Source: Candidatus Latescibacterota bacterium
GTDB lineage: Bacteria > Latescibacterota > UBA2968
NCBI GenBank assembly: GCA_965205975.1
Contig: OZ242195.1
Location: 2,304,001 to 2,368,000 of the forward strand
DNA length: 64,000 nt
Reading direction: 5' to 3'
Part shown: piece by piece, positions 27,072 through 37,064 of the stretch
Layout: each line of letters starts with the position of its first letter
How positions within the stretch are numbered: the stretch's first letter is position 1
Notes under the pieces: generated by a model
Database searches by the model: none
The model's input: only the letters and a program-made list of their open reading frames with translations
Told to the model about the DNA's origin: nothing
Position numbers and translations under genes: made by a program

Positions 27072-29060
27072 ATGGCAGCAACATCTCCCCAACAAGAACA
27101 CATTCCCTCGCGCATCACGGGACGCTCTGTCTTCTTTGGCGCGCTCACCGCCATTGTTCTCAATGTGTACACCGACCACGCCGGGCTGGTGATGGGATCG
27201 TCATCCCTGGTCAAATCGCAATACCCCATGGCCATGTTGCTGCCCTTTGTACTCTGGTTATTTGCCAACATCGGTCTCAAAACCTTCTGGCCCAAAGCGG
27301 CACTTTCGGGCACCGAACTGCTGGTCATCTACGGCATGTCCTGGATCGCGGGCGTTATTCCCCTCGAAGGTTGGGCAGCTTATTGGACGAGTACAATGGC
27401 CGTACCCACCTATTATGCGTCACCTGAAAATCGCTGGACCGAAATTATCTTTGACATCTTGCCCTGGTGGACCCTGCCAGACATATCGCCTGCAGTTATT
27501 CGTCCTTTCTACGATGGATTGCCTCCCCATGGTTCCATCCCCTGGGCGGGCTGGTTGCAACCCCTATTCTGGTGGACCGCCATCTCATTGGCTGTTTTTG
27601 CAGCGGGATTGTGCTTGTGTATTCTCTTCCAACGCCAGTGGGAAGACCACGAGCGACTCGCCTTCCCGCTCGCGCAATTTGCAGTAGAACTGACCTCTGG
27701 CTTTGACCAACCCGGACGCGTCCCCGACATATTTCGCAACAAAATTTTCTGGGCGGGTTTTTTTACTGTTTTTGGCGTCTTCGCCTGGAATATCCTCGGT
27801 TATTTCGCCACGGGCTTACCGAGCATCACCATTTATGCCGGGTACCTGAGCAAACAAATCGACCTCGCCCGCGACTTTCCACCCATCTACCTCCGCATTC
27901 TGCCCCCGGTAGTCGGCCTCACCTACTTCTGCAATCTCGACATCCTCTTCAGTTTTTGGGTTTTCCGCCTCGTCGCCATAGTCAAACTCGGTATTATGGA
28001 CCGCACGGGTTTCACCCTGGGCCTGGCCAACCAACAGGCAAAATCATCCGAAATCATCAATATCGAAAGCCACGGCGCCCTTGTTTTGCTGGCACTCTGG
28101 TCTATTTGGGCCGCTCGGGGGCACCTGTCCCGCGTCTGGCAAGCTGTTGTGGAAGGCCGACAGTCTGTTCATAACGACGGCATTATATCCTACCGCATGG
28201 CGTTTATCGGCTTTGTTCTGGCAACTGCCTTCATCATCGGCTGGATGAGTGCAATGGGCATGTCTATCCCCATTGCGCTCTTGCAAACCGCGCTACTCTA
28301 CACGGCATATCTCACCGTCGCCAAATTCACAGCCGCCAGTGGTTTTCCCCACCTCCTACCCATATATGGTAAGGGCGGAGGCATGGTCTATACCTTTGCC
28401 GGCACTGCCAACTTGACCCCCTCGGACTTTGTGGGTACTGAGTTTGTCAACTCCAGTGCCTTCTTTGGCAACGCTCGCATTCCAGCATGGCCCGCGCTAC
28501 CCCACCATCTGAAATTGCACGGCGCAACGCCAAACGCCCGCATTGCCCATATCGCCGCGCTCGCCTTCGCGGCGGGCTTGCTCGCATCCTTCATCTTTAT
28601 TATTTATTTGGCATACGCCCACGGGGGACAAAATCTGCACACAGCCCCATTTTCTGGCCGCTCAAACTCGGCCTCGGTCCGCCTCTACAGCAACATGACC
28701 AACCACATTCTCAACGAACAAAAAACCGTCTTTGATCCATATAAAATGTCCGTATGGTTCATTGGCATCTTTGAAGCGCTCGTACTCATCGGCTTGAGAA
28801 GCCGCCTGCCCTGGTGGCCCTTGCACCCCATTGGACTCGCCTTTCAAAATACCTCTGGTCCAAGAATCTACAGCTTCTCCATTTTTCTTACCTGGGCGGC
28901 CAAATCACTTTTCCTGCGTATCGGCGGCATTGCTCTATACCGCCGCGCAGCACCTTATTTTATTGGCCTGCCAGTGGGCTATGTCACCGGTGTCATCGTT
29001 TCGTCTATTGTCGATCTCATCTGGTTCCCAACGGGTGGGCACTGGACACATGGATGGTAG
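27072..29060 (+). CDS. Polytopic membrane protein (DUF6785/DUF6784-like, putative transporter)
   Basis: Many TM segments; RQWEDHERLAFPL, WWPLHPIG, K...LRIGG..LYR motifs; start set at ATG 27072. Confidence 0.75.
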   Translation: MAATSPQQEHIPSRITGRSVFFGALTAIVLNVYTDHAGLVMGSSSLVKSQYPMAMLLPFVLWLFANIGLKTFWPKAALSGTELLVIYGMSWIAGVIPLEGWAAYWTSTMAVPTYYASPENRWTEIIFDILPWWTLPDISPAVIRPFYDGLPPHGSIPWAGWLQPLFWWTAISLAVFAAGLCLCILFQRQWEDHERLAFPLAQFAVELTSGFDQPGRVPDIFRNKIFWAGFFTVFGVFAWNILGYFATGLPSITIYAGYLSKQIDLARDFPPIYLRILPPVVGLTYFCNLDILFSFWVFRLVAIVKLGIMDRTGFTLGLANQQAKSSEIINIESHGALVLLALWSIWAARGHLSRVWQAVVEGRQSVHNDGIISYRMAFIGFVLATAFIIGWMSAMGMSIPIALLQTALLYTAYLTVAKFTAASGFPHLLPIYGKGGGMVYTFAGTANLTPSDFVGTEFVNSSAFFGNARIPAWPALPHHLKLHGATPNARIAHIAALAFAAGLLASFIFIIYLAYAHGGQNLHTAPFSGRSNSASVRLYSNMTNHILNEQKTVFDPYKMSVWFIGIFEALVLIGLRSRLPWWPLHPIGLAFQNTSGPRIYSFSIFLTWAAKSLFLRIGGIALYRRAAPYFIGLPVGYVTGVIVSSIVDLIWFPTGGHWTHGW

Positions 29061-29088
29061 GCCTGGAGCTACTACAGAAAGGTTTGTC

Positions 29089-29808
29089 ATGTCCGAACAA
29101 AAAAACATTCTCATCACAGGTGGTGCGGGCTTTGTCGCTGGCATGTTGCGCCAGCATTGGGGCGCGACCTATCGCCTTCGGCTTGCAGATGTGAACCCGG
29201 TTGAAAATCTTGCAGATCACGAAGAATTTGTCCAGATGGATATTACCAATCTCGACGAATTTCAAGCTGCTTGTCGAGGCATTCATACCGTCATACACCT
29301 CGCCGCCGATCGCAGTCCGCGCGCCGACTTTTACGAAACCTTGCTCAACCTCAATATTATTGGCGCATACAACGCCTTTCACGCTGCACACCTGGGCGGT
29401 TGCAAGCGCATTGTTTTTGCCAGTTCGGTCAATGCCGTGTTGGGCTACCCGGGCGATTCCTCCATCGAATGGGATGTACCCGTATTTCCCACCAATGTCT
29501 ATGGTGCCACCAAATGCTGGGGTGAAGCCCTTGCGCGGGTATATTCCGAAACCCACGGACTATCCTGCATCTGTGTGCGCCTGGGCGGCCCGAGATGGAA
29601 TGCCAATGAAATTTACGACCCCGACAAACCCAGCATACTCATCAGCCCACGGGATACCGCACAGCTTTTTCAAAAATGCGTGGAAGCAGATACCGACTTT
29701 GCCATTGTACATGGCGTATCTGATCACAAAAAATCCTATCTCGGAATTGATGCCACCAGGGAAGTATTGGGCTACACGCCACAAGACGGCACTGCAAAAA
29801 ACCAGTAA
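29089..29808 (+). CDS. NAD-dependent epimerase/dehydratase (uronate dehydrogenase-like SDR)
   Basis: ILITGGAGFVA, HLAA, FASS, YGATK. Confidence 0.88.
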   Translation: MSEQKNILITGGAGFVAGMLRQHWGATYRLRLADVNPVENLADHEEFVQMDITNLDEFQAACRGIHTVIHLAADRSPRADFYETLLNLNIIGAYNAFHAAHLGGCKRIVFASSVNAVLGYPGDSSIEWDVPVFPTNVYGATKCWGEALARVYSETHGLSCICVRLGGPRWNANEIYDPDKPSILISPRDTAQLFQKCVEADTDFAIVHGVSDHKKSYLGIDATREVLGYTPQDGTAKNQ

Positions 29809-29823
29809 ACAGAAAGGATCCCC

Positions 29824-30276
29824 ATGGGAAAGGGAAAGTTCTCATCGACAAAAACATATCACGATCTGCCCTGTGCACACCGTCAGGGGTATCACGACGG
29901 ACACTGTCGCTTTATTCACGGATACAATCGCGAGATCACATTTTATTTTACCTGCAACGAACTCGACGAAAACCACTTTGTCGTCGATTTTAGCAAGCTC
30001 AAAAAACTCAAAGCATGGTTGGAGCACATGTTTGACCACACGATGCTCATCAACGAAAATGATCCCGAACGCGAATTTTTTAAAGAAATGCACCGCCGGG
30101 GTCTGATTGATCTGCGAATTATGCCCAACGTCGGTATGGAAGCGTCATCAAAATATGTCTTTGATTATGCCGACAAACTCGTGCGCGACATGACCCACAA
30201 CCGATGCTGGGTCTATAAAGTTGAAACCCGCGAAAACATGAAAAACTCGGGCATATACGAACTTGTAGATGGCTGA
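29824..30276 (+). CDS. queD: 6-carboxytetrahydropterin synthase / PTPS family
   Basis: CAHRQ...HCRFIHGY, VVDF..LK, FDHT, VETRE. Confidence 0.75.
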   Translation: MGKGKFSSTKTYHDLPCAHRQGYHDGHCRFIHGYNREITFYFTCNELDENHFVVDFSKLKKLKAWLEHMFDHTMLINENDPEREFFKEMHRRGLIDLRIMPNVGMEASSKYVFDYADKLVRDMTHNRCWVYKVETRENMKNSGIYELVDG

Positions 30277-30387
30277 TCTATACACCTGGAGGGCGCTTTT
30301 TGCCCTACTGCACAAAATACTGCACATATTTTTTCTTTTAACACAATAAGTTGTTTATAAACAAATATTTATTGTGTTATTTTTTTC

Positions 30388-30416
30388 TTGACTTATGAAC
30401 AAATGTTCACTATATT
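30388..30416 (+). promoter_or_regulatory. sigma70 promoter with a GAAC-N4-GTTC palindrome in the spacer
   Basis: TTGACT-N17-TATATT; TGAACAAATGTTCA at 30396-30409. Confidence 0.65.
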
Positions 30417-30497
30417 CTTGCTCAGCCATAACTGAGGCCAAAGCAAACAGATGTTCCGCACAGGGTATAGGACCTCAGAACACCATAAGGAGGAAAC

Positions 30498-31487
30498 ATG
30501 ATTTCCGAAATGAACCAGCATCGCACCCCAGTCCTGCAGGCCTTTCGCAAAGCTTCAGATTGTACCTCGCCCTATGTGGGTGATGAGCCCTCTCTGGCTT
30601 ATTACTACAAGGAGATCGAACGACATCCACTGCTTACGCCAGACGAAGAAAAAGCACTGGCAGATCAAATTGCTCTGGGCGACCTGCCAGATGCGGGTGC
30701 TCGTGCTCGGCGAGCAGGAGAGCATGCTCGCGAAAAGCTCATCACCAGCAACCTGCGCTTTGTTATTCACATTGCCAAAAATTTTAAGAATCAAGGGCTA
30801 CCCATGGCCGACCTCATCAATGAAGGCAACATGGGTTTGATGACTGCCGCCCGCAAATTCAAACCCGAAAAGGGTTACAAGTTCATTACTTACGCAGTCT
30901 GGTGGATCAGGCAGAACATCCTCAAAGCCCTCGAAGTTCAAACACGATCCATCCGGATTCCCGGTAATGTTGTCAACGACCTCAACAAACTGCGCAAAGT
31001 CGAAGCTGACCTGACTCAGCACCTCGACCGACAACCCGATGCCGATGAACTCGCCCGGGAAACCGATCTGCCTATAAAAAAAGTTACACACACCCTCGAA
31101 TCGGCTTACAATACCGTATCTCTGGATACCCCGATGTACGATGAAGCCGCAAACTCCGCACCACGCGCTATCACCCTGCAAGAAACCCTATCGGACCCCC
31201 AAACATTGTCTCCGGAAGACGCCTATATTCAAGATACTATGCACAGTGATATACACAACGCGCTCAGTGCCCTGCCCGACCGTGACCGGCAAATTCTACA
31301 TCTCTATTACGGTTTCAGCGACCCGGCAGAACGCGCCGAAGTTAGCAGTTCAAAACCCGCAACCTATCAACAAATAGGCGACAAACTGGGAGTAAGCCGA
31401 GAACGGGTGCGCCAACTCAAAGAGGAGGCACTCAATCGGCTGCGGCATCCCACTCACAGTAAGCGACTTGCCACCTATTGCAGTTAA
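30498..31487 (+). CDS. RNA polymerase sigma factor, RpoD/RpoS-like, lacking region 1.1
   Basis: LITSNLRFV, DLINEGNMGL, KFITYAVWWIRQ, SLD, IG..LGVSRERVRQ. Confidence 0.92.
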   Translation: MISEMNQHRTPVLQAFRKASDCTSPYVGDEPSLAYYYKEIERHPLLTPDEEKALADQIALGDLPDAGARARRAGEHAREKLITSNLRFVIHIAKNFKNQGLPMADLINEGNMGLMTAARKFKPEKGYKFITYAVWWIRQNILKALEVQTRSIRIPGNVVNDLNKLRKVEADLTQHLDRQPDADELARETDLPIKKVTHTLESAYNTVSLDTPMYDEAANSAPRAITLQETLSDPQTLSPEDAYIQDTMHSDIHNALSALPDRDRQILHLYYGFSDPAERAEVSSSKPATYQQIGDKLGVSRERVRQLKEEALNRLRHPTHSKRLATYCS

Positions 31488-31529
31488 AATGAGAAATTAT
31501 ACACCGCTTGCCTTGTAACACATAGCCCT

Positions 31530-31571
31530 AAAAAAATCAGAGCGTCGGCAGACCGCGTCGGCGCTCTTTGT
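31530..31571 (+). terminator. Hairpin after sigma gene
   Basis: AGAGCGTCGGC...GTCGGCGCTCT-TTG. Confidence 0.55.
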
Positions 31572-31717
31572 GCTTCTACACCCTTGTATTTCTACTTGCG
31601 TTTAAAGCCGAAACCTTGCTATTTATTATTCAATCTTCTTGGAACTTTGCAAACTGCTGCTCGTCCAGAATATAGCTCATACAGTAAATCATCTATGAAA
31701 ATCATTCTCTCTACACT

Positions 31718-32530
31718 ATGAAAATCCTCATCCTCTCCACACTCGGCACACTCATCCTGCTCGGCGTGGGTGTGTACATTGTTTTTTATATTTCAGAGCG
31801 CGATAAAATTGAAGGCAAATCCTTCTTCCGCCTTGAAAATCGTTGGCTCTACGGATTTTTGGGCTACGCATCTGTCATTGTCATCACTTTTCTGGTCCTG
31901 ATTTTGCAAACCTCGCTCACGCGCCAGGAGAAAACCCTTGAAAATACCCAGGCGCGGTTCCAGCAAGAACTCACAGCTTTTCGCGAGCGACTCGGCGACC
32001 AAACCGATCGCCTCATGTCCCAAATCAATGAAAAAGCGGAACTCACTGGATCTGAAGTCGAGGTACGGGGCAAGCTATCCAATGAAATCGCCCATCACCA
32101 ACGCACCCGCACAGAACTTGCCGCTACACGCGAACAATTGCGCCTCACACAAAGCGACTTAAATCGGGAAACCCGCGCACACCGCGCCTATATGGACAGC
32201 CTCAACACCGAAAAATCGCTTCACGCATCAACCCAAAACCAGCTCAAGCGCGAGGAAGCACAACACGCCAAAAACCGCGAGACATTGCGGAACACCCGGC
32301 AAAAGCTCGACCACGCCAACGAACGACTAAACGTGCAAAATCGCCAGATTACAGAACTGAGAAGCGACCTCAAAAGCGCGCAGGACAACGCCAATAGCGC
32401 ACGCCAGATGGCCAGCCAACTCTTACAACAATCCGACGACCATCAGCGGGCACTCATAACCCTTCAAGCCACCGTCGATTCTCTCTTTCTAAAAGAATTT
32501 AAACGCCCCCGAGTTCCCTCAGACAAATAG
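31718..32530 (+). CDS. Membrane-anchored coiled-coil protein
   Basis: Two N-terminal TM segments followed by a long heptad-rich region. Confidence 0.7.
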   Translation: MKILILSTLGTLILLGVGVYIVFYISERDKIEGKSFFRLENRWLYGFLGYASVIVITFLVLILQTSLTRQEKTLENTQARFQQELTAFRERLGDQTDRLMSQINEKAELTGSEVEVRGKLSNEIAHHQRTRTELAATREQLRLTQSDLNRETRAHRAYMDSLNTEKSLHASTQNQLKREEAQHAKNRETLRNTRQKLDHANERLNVQNRQITELRSDLKSAQDNANSARQMASQLLQQSDDHQRALITLQATVDSLFLKEFKRPRVPSDK

Positions 32531-32549
32531 ACGAGGAGAAAAATACATC

Positions 32550-33713
32550 GTGAAACTCAAAATCTACCTTCCAATCATTGTCCTGATCATCGGCGTACTG
32601 GGTGCTTATGCACTTGTCAAAAGCCGGGAAGTCGTCCAGCCCAAACCAACGGAAGTGCCCCCACCGCTCGTACGCGTTCAATCTGTTTATCCCACAGACT
32701 TTCAACTCGTTATTCCAGCGCAAGGCACAGTTGCCCCGCGCACGCAAACCACACTCGTTTCACAAGTGGCAGGCCAGATCATTGATGTATCGCCCGCATT
32801 TGCCAACGGGGGATTTTTTGAAAAAGGCGATGTCCTGCTCACCATTGATCCGCGCGATTACGCAGTCGCTGTCGCACAGTCACAGGTTCAGGTTGCACAG
32901 GCCAGATTGCGATTGACACGCGAAGAAGAAGAATCCGCAATTGCCCGTGACGAATGGAAACGCTTAGGCAATGGAGAGCCAACCGACCTGGTTCTGCGCA
33001 AGCCACAAATTGACGAAGTCCGTGCGACCATTGCTGCTGCCGAAAGCGCATTGATGCGCGCCAACCTCAATCTCGAACGCACACAAATTAGAGCACCATA
33101 TCCCGGACGTGTTCGCACCAAAAATGCCGATGTCGGACAATTCGTCAACCCCGGTTCTCCGCTCGGCCAAATTTACGCCATCGACTATGCCGAAGTGCGA
33201 CTGCCCGTGTCCGATGATCAACTCGCTTATCTGGACCTGCCGCTCTCCTTTCGCAATAATCCCCATCATAATTCAGGCCCCGATGTGCGCTTTCACGCCA
33301 CATTTGCCGGACGGGAACACACCTATATGGGACGCATTGTGCGCGTTGAAGGTGAAATTGATGCGCGCTCTGGCATGATCGCGCTCGTCGGGCGCGTAGA
33401 TAATCCATACCACCGGCGCGATAGCAACACGCCGCCATTAGCTGTGGGCATGTTTGTCACAGCAGAAATCCTGGGCCATCACGCGGAAAACGTCGTGGTC
33501 ATCCCGCGCGCTGCACTGCGAGGTAAAAATCGCGTTCTCTTAGTTACAGACAATCGCCTCTACTATCGAACCATCGACATCTTGCGCGCCGATGCAGAAA
33601 AAGTCGTTGTCAGAAACGGACTAAAATCGGGTGATCAACTCTGCGTATCGCCAATCGATACCGTCGTTGATGGCATGCGCGTACGCACCGTGCGCACTGG
33701 AGGTATGAAATGA
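32550..33713 (+). CDS. RND efflux periplasmic adaptor (MFP)
   Basis: QVAGQI...FFEKGDVLLTIDPRDY, LERTQIRAPY.G, VGMFV.AEI. Confidence 0.92.
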   Translation: MKLKIYLPIIVLIIGVLGAYALVKSREVVQPKPTEVPPPLVRVQSVYPTDFQLVIPAQGTVAPRTQTTLVSQVAGQIIDVSPAFANGGFFEKGDVLLTIDPRDYAVAVAQSQVQVAQARLRLTREEEESAIARDEWKRLGNGEPTDLVLRKPQIDEVRATIAAAESALMRANLNLERTQIRAPYPGRVRTKNADVGQFVNPGSPLGQIYAIDYAEVRLPVSDDQLAYLDLPLSFRNNPHHNSGPDVRFHATFAGREHTYMGRIVRVEGEIDARSGMIALVGRVDNPYHRRDSNTPPLAVGMFVTAEILGHHAENVVVIPRAALRGKNRVLLVTDNRLYYRTIDILRADAEKVVVRNGLKSGDQLCVSPIDTVVDGMRVRTVRTGGMK

Positions 33714-36700
33714 AAAATGCCATTGAATGGTTTGCCCGAAACAGCGTGGCAGCCAATCTGTTGATGGTATTGATCCTGGGAGGTGGTATTCTTCTCGTAT
33801 CCCGCATTCGCATGGAAGTATTCCCAGAGTTTTCGAGTGACATGATTAATATCTCCATGATCTATCTGGGCGCTGCTCCCGAAGAAGTCGAAGAATCCAT
33901 CTGCATACGCATCGAAGAAGCTGTGCTGGGTCTCGACGGCATTGAGCGCATCACCTCCACGGCATCGGAGAACAGCGGTATTGTCAACATCGAACTCGAG
34001 TCGGGTGCTGATATGCGCAAATTGCTCGACGATGTCAAAGCCCGCGTAGATGCCATCACCACGTTTCCAGTGGAGACGGAAAAACCCATCATTCGAGAAA
34101 TCACCAACCGCCGCCAGGTCATCAACGTTGCTATCTCGGGACCGACAGATGAAAAAACTCTCAAAACAATTGGCGAGCAAGTTAGAGACGACATTGCAAC
34201 CATTCCCGGCATCACACAAGTAGATCTCGTAAGCACACGTCCTTACGAAATCGCTATCGAAGTCTCAGAAAATGACCTGAGGCGTTACGACCTCACCTTT
34301 GGCGAAATTGCCATGGCCATAAGGCGCTTCTCTATTGATCTGCCCGGCGGTGCCATTCGCACAAAGGGCGGCGAAATCCTATTGCGCACCAAAGGGCAGG
34401 CATATCGTGGCAAAGAATTTGAATCGCTCGTCTTGCGCTCCCGTCCCGATGGCACGCATCTTCGCCTGGGCGATGTCGCCACAGTTATCGACGGGTTTGC
34501 CGAAACAGACCAATCTGCCCAATTTGATGCAGAACCCACCGTGACGGTCAAGGTTTATCGCGTGGGCGATCAAAATGCTCTGGATATCACCCAAAAAGTC
34601 AAAGCCTATATCAATGAAACGCAACAACGCATGCCCGATGGCATCAAACTCACCGTCTGGGCAGACTTTTCTCGCATCTTAAACGACCGCCTGGAACTCA
34701 TGCTGCACAATGGCCAACTGGGCTTTATCCTCGTCTTTATCGCGCTGACGATGTTTCTCCGTTTGCGACTCGCCTTCTGGGTTGCTCTGGGCATTCCCAT
34801 CTCATTTCTCGGCGCAATCGGCCTGATGCCCTTCTTCGATATCTCCATCAACATGATCTCCCTTTTTGCATTTATCGTGGTACTCGGCATTGTCGTAGAT
34901 GATGCGGTCATCGTAGGGGAAAACATCTATCGCCATTACCAAATGGGCAAACGCGGTTTGCGCGCAGCCATTGATGGCGCGCAAGAAGTATATGTTCCCG
35001 TCATTTTTGCTATCCTCACATCTATTGCTGCCTTCTCTCCCCTGCTCACCGTTGAAGGCAGCATGGGAAAAATCATGAGACTCATTCCCATGATTGTCAT
35101 CCTCACCCTCATATTTTCACTCATCGAATCGCTCTTTATTTTACCAGCACACCTCGCGCACGCCAAAATAGATTCAAAAAAAGACAGCGATCCCCCGCGC
35201 AAACGCGCCATTGCCACTCTGTGGCAACGCGTTCAAAATGGCGTGGCCGATGGTTTGCTCATCGCTGTTGACCGCTATTATCGCCCCTTTCTCGAATGGG
35301 CACTTCAATGGCGGTATCTGACCCTCGCAGGGGGTGTTGCCACGCTCTTTCTCACCGTGGGCCTCGTTGGCGGCGGGTGGATCAAGTTCGTCTTTTTTCC
35401 CAACGTCGAAGCCGATAATATCGCAGCTATGCTCACCATGCCCCAGGGCACACCTGCCGAGGTGACAGAAACCGCAGTGCGTCGCCTGGAGGAGTCAGCC
35501 CGCCAACTTCAACGCGAAATCGAAAGCGAGAATTCGGGTTCGGTATTTCGCCATGTTTTCGCATCTGTGGGCGAACAACCCTATCGCGCGGCACAAGGTC
35601 CGCCCACCGGGAATACCGCCTCATTTTCATCGGCACATCTGGGCGAAGTCTATATTGAACTCGTGCCTTCGGAAAATCGCAACATCGGCAGTGAGGAAAT
35701 TGCCAACCGCTGGCGCGAACTCACCGGCGCTATTCCCGACGCGGTCGAACTGACCTACTCATCCTCGCTATTTTCAAGTGGCGAAGCCATCAATATCCAG
35801 TTCTCAGGCCCCGACTACGGCGAATTGCGCGAAGTCGCCGAAAAATTCAAAAACGCGTTGGATGACTATCCCGGTGTCTTTGACATCGCCGATTCATTTC
35901 GCCCGGGGAAAGAGGAAGTGAAACTCTCCCTCACCCGACAGGCCGAAACCCTGGGCATCACATTGGCCGACCTCGCGCGCCAGGTCAGACAGGCATTTTA
36001 CGGCGAAGAAGCACAGCGCATTCAGCGCGGACGCGACGACATCCGCGTGATGGTGCGCTATCCCGAATCAGAGCGACGCTCCCTTGGCAATCTCGAAGAC
36101 ATGCGCATTCGCACGGAAGGTGGCGAAGTGCCCTTTTCAATAGCCGCGAGTGCCGAACTCGGTCGGGGCTACGCATCCATCCGCCGCACCGACCGCCAGA
36201 GAGTTATCAACGTCACTTCCGATGTCGATATAAGCATCGCCAATGCAAACGAAATCATTGCCGATTTCACCCGCACTGTCTTGCCTCAAATACTGGCAGA
36301 CCACCCCCGCGTGCGCTACGATTTTGAAGGCCAGCAAAGAGAACAGGCTGAAATGCTACAGGGACTGGCCCAAAGCTTTGTTATCGCCTTGCTCATCATT
36401 TATATTTTGCTCGCCATTCCCTTCAAATCCTATGTCCAACCCCTCATTGTGATGGGGGCCATCCCATTTGGAATCGTCGGCGCGGTCTGGGGGCATGTCG
36501 CTCTTGGATTTAATCTCTCTATTCTCTCCGTATTTGGCATCGTTGCACTTACAGGTATCGTCGTCAATGACAGCTTGGTCATGGTCGATTTTATCAACAA
36601 ACAACGCGAAAAAGGCCACCCACTTTCCGATGCACTCCGCGAAGCCGGTGCCGTGCGTTTCCGCCCCATACTCCTGACCTCAGTCACGACATTTCTCGGC

Positions 36701-36916
36701 CTCACGCCCCTGCTATTGGAAAAAAGCCTTCAGGCACAATTCCTGGTGCCAATGGCCATATCCCTCGGTTTTGGCGTTCTCTTTGCAACCGTCATCACCC
36801 TCTTGCTCGTCCCCATCAGCTACAATATTCTCGAAGACATCATCAACGTCTTCTACCGCCTCATCGGGCGCGAACGCCGCGCATTTCGCGCAGATTTGAA
36901 TCGCGCAGCAGATTAA
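33710..36916 (+). CDS. RND efflux permease (AcrB family)
   Basis: GIVVDDAVIVGENI, GIVVNDSLV, RFRPILLTSVTT; 1068 aa. Confidence 0.95.
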   Translation: MKNAIEWFARNSVAANLLMVLILGGGILLVSRIRMEVFPEFSSDMINISMIYLGAAPEEVEESICIRIEEAVLGLDGIERITSTASENSGIVNIELESGADMRKLLDDVKARVDAITTFPVETEKPIIREITNRRQVINVAISGPTDEKTLKTIGEQVRDDIATIPGITQVDLVSTRPYEIAIEVSENDLRRYDLTFGEIAMAIRRFSIDLPGGAIRTKGGEILLRTKGQAYRGKEFESLVLRSRPDGTHLRLGDVATVIDGFAETDQSAQFDAEPTVTVKVYRVGDQNALDITQKVKAYINETQQRMPDGIKLTVWADFSRILNDRLELMLHNGQLGFILVFIALTMFLRLRLAFWVALGIPISFLGAIGLMPFFDISINMISLFAFIVVLGIVVDDAVIVGENIYRHYQMGKRGLRAAIDGAQEVYVPVIFAILTSIAAFSPLLTVEGSMGKIMRLIPMIVILTLIFSLIESLFILPAHLAHAKIDSKKDSDPPRKRAIATLWQRVQNGVADGLLIAVDRYYRPFLEWALQWRYLTLAGGVATLFLTVGLVGGGWIKFVFFPNVEADNIAAMLTMPQGTPAEVTETAVRRLEESARQLQREIESENSGSVFRHVFASVGEQPYRAAQGPPTGNTASFSSAHLGEVYIELVPSENRNIGSEEIANRWRELTGAIPDAVELTYSSSLFSSGEAINIQFSGPDYGELREVAEKFKNALDDYPGVFDIADSFRPGKEEVKLSLTRQAETLGITLADLARQVRQAFYGEEAQRIQRGRDDIRVMVRYPESERRSLGNLEDMRIRTEGGEVPFSIAASAELGRGYASIRRTDRQRVINVTSDVDISIANANEIIADFTRTVLPQILADHPRVRYDFEGQQREQAEMLQGLAQSFVIALLIIYILLAIPFKSYVQPLIVMGAIPFGIVGAVWGHVALGFNLSILSVFGIVALTGIVVNDSLVMVDFINKQREKGHPLSDALREAGAVRFRPILLTSVTTFLGLTPLLLEKSLQAQFLVPMAISLGFGVLFATVITLLLVPISYNILEDIINVFYRLIGRERRAFRADLNRAAD

Positions 36917-36941
36917 TCGCACGTAGCTTTCTCGCAATTAC

Positions 36942-36974
36942 AAAGGCCGATTGCTTTTGCAACCGGCCTTTTTT
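36942..36974 (+). terminator. Intrinsic terminator
   Basis: AAAGGCCGATTGC-TTTT-GCAACCGGCCTTTTTT. Confidence 0.8.
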
Positions 36975-36982
36975 GCTCACTA

Positions 36983-37011
36983 TTGACAAGCTTGGTCGAT
37001 GCGTGTACATT
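36983..37011 (+). promoter_or_regulatory. sigma70-type promoter
   Basis: TTGACA-N17-TACATT. Confidence 0.6.
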
Positions 37012-37064
37012 GCGCTCTCGGTATATAAAGCTCCTGTATAGCTCAAAATTGAAAGGAATAACCA

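Noticed and set aside
31498..31510. TACACCGCTT (and ACACCGCTTC near 4223) as further hairpin copies
   Set aside because: Only about 10 nt match and the AACTG/CAGTT stem is missing
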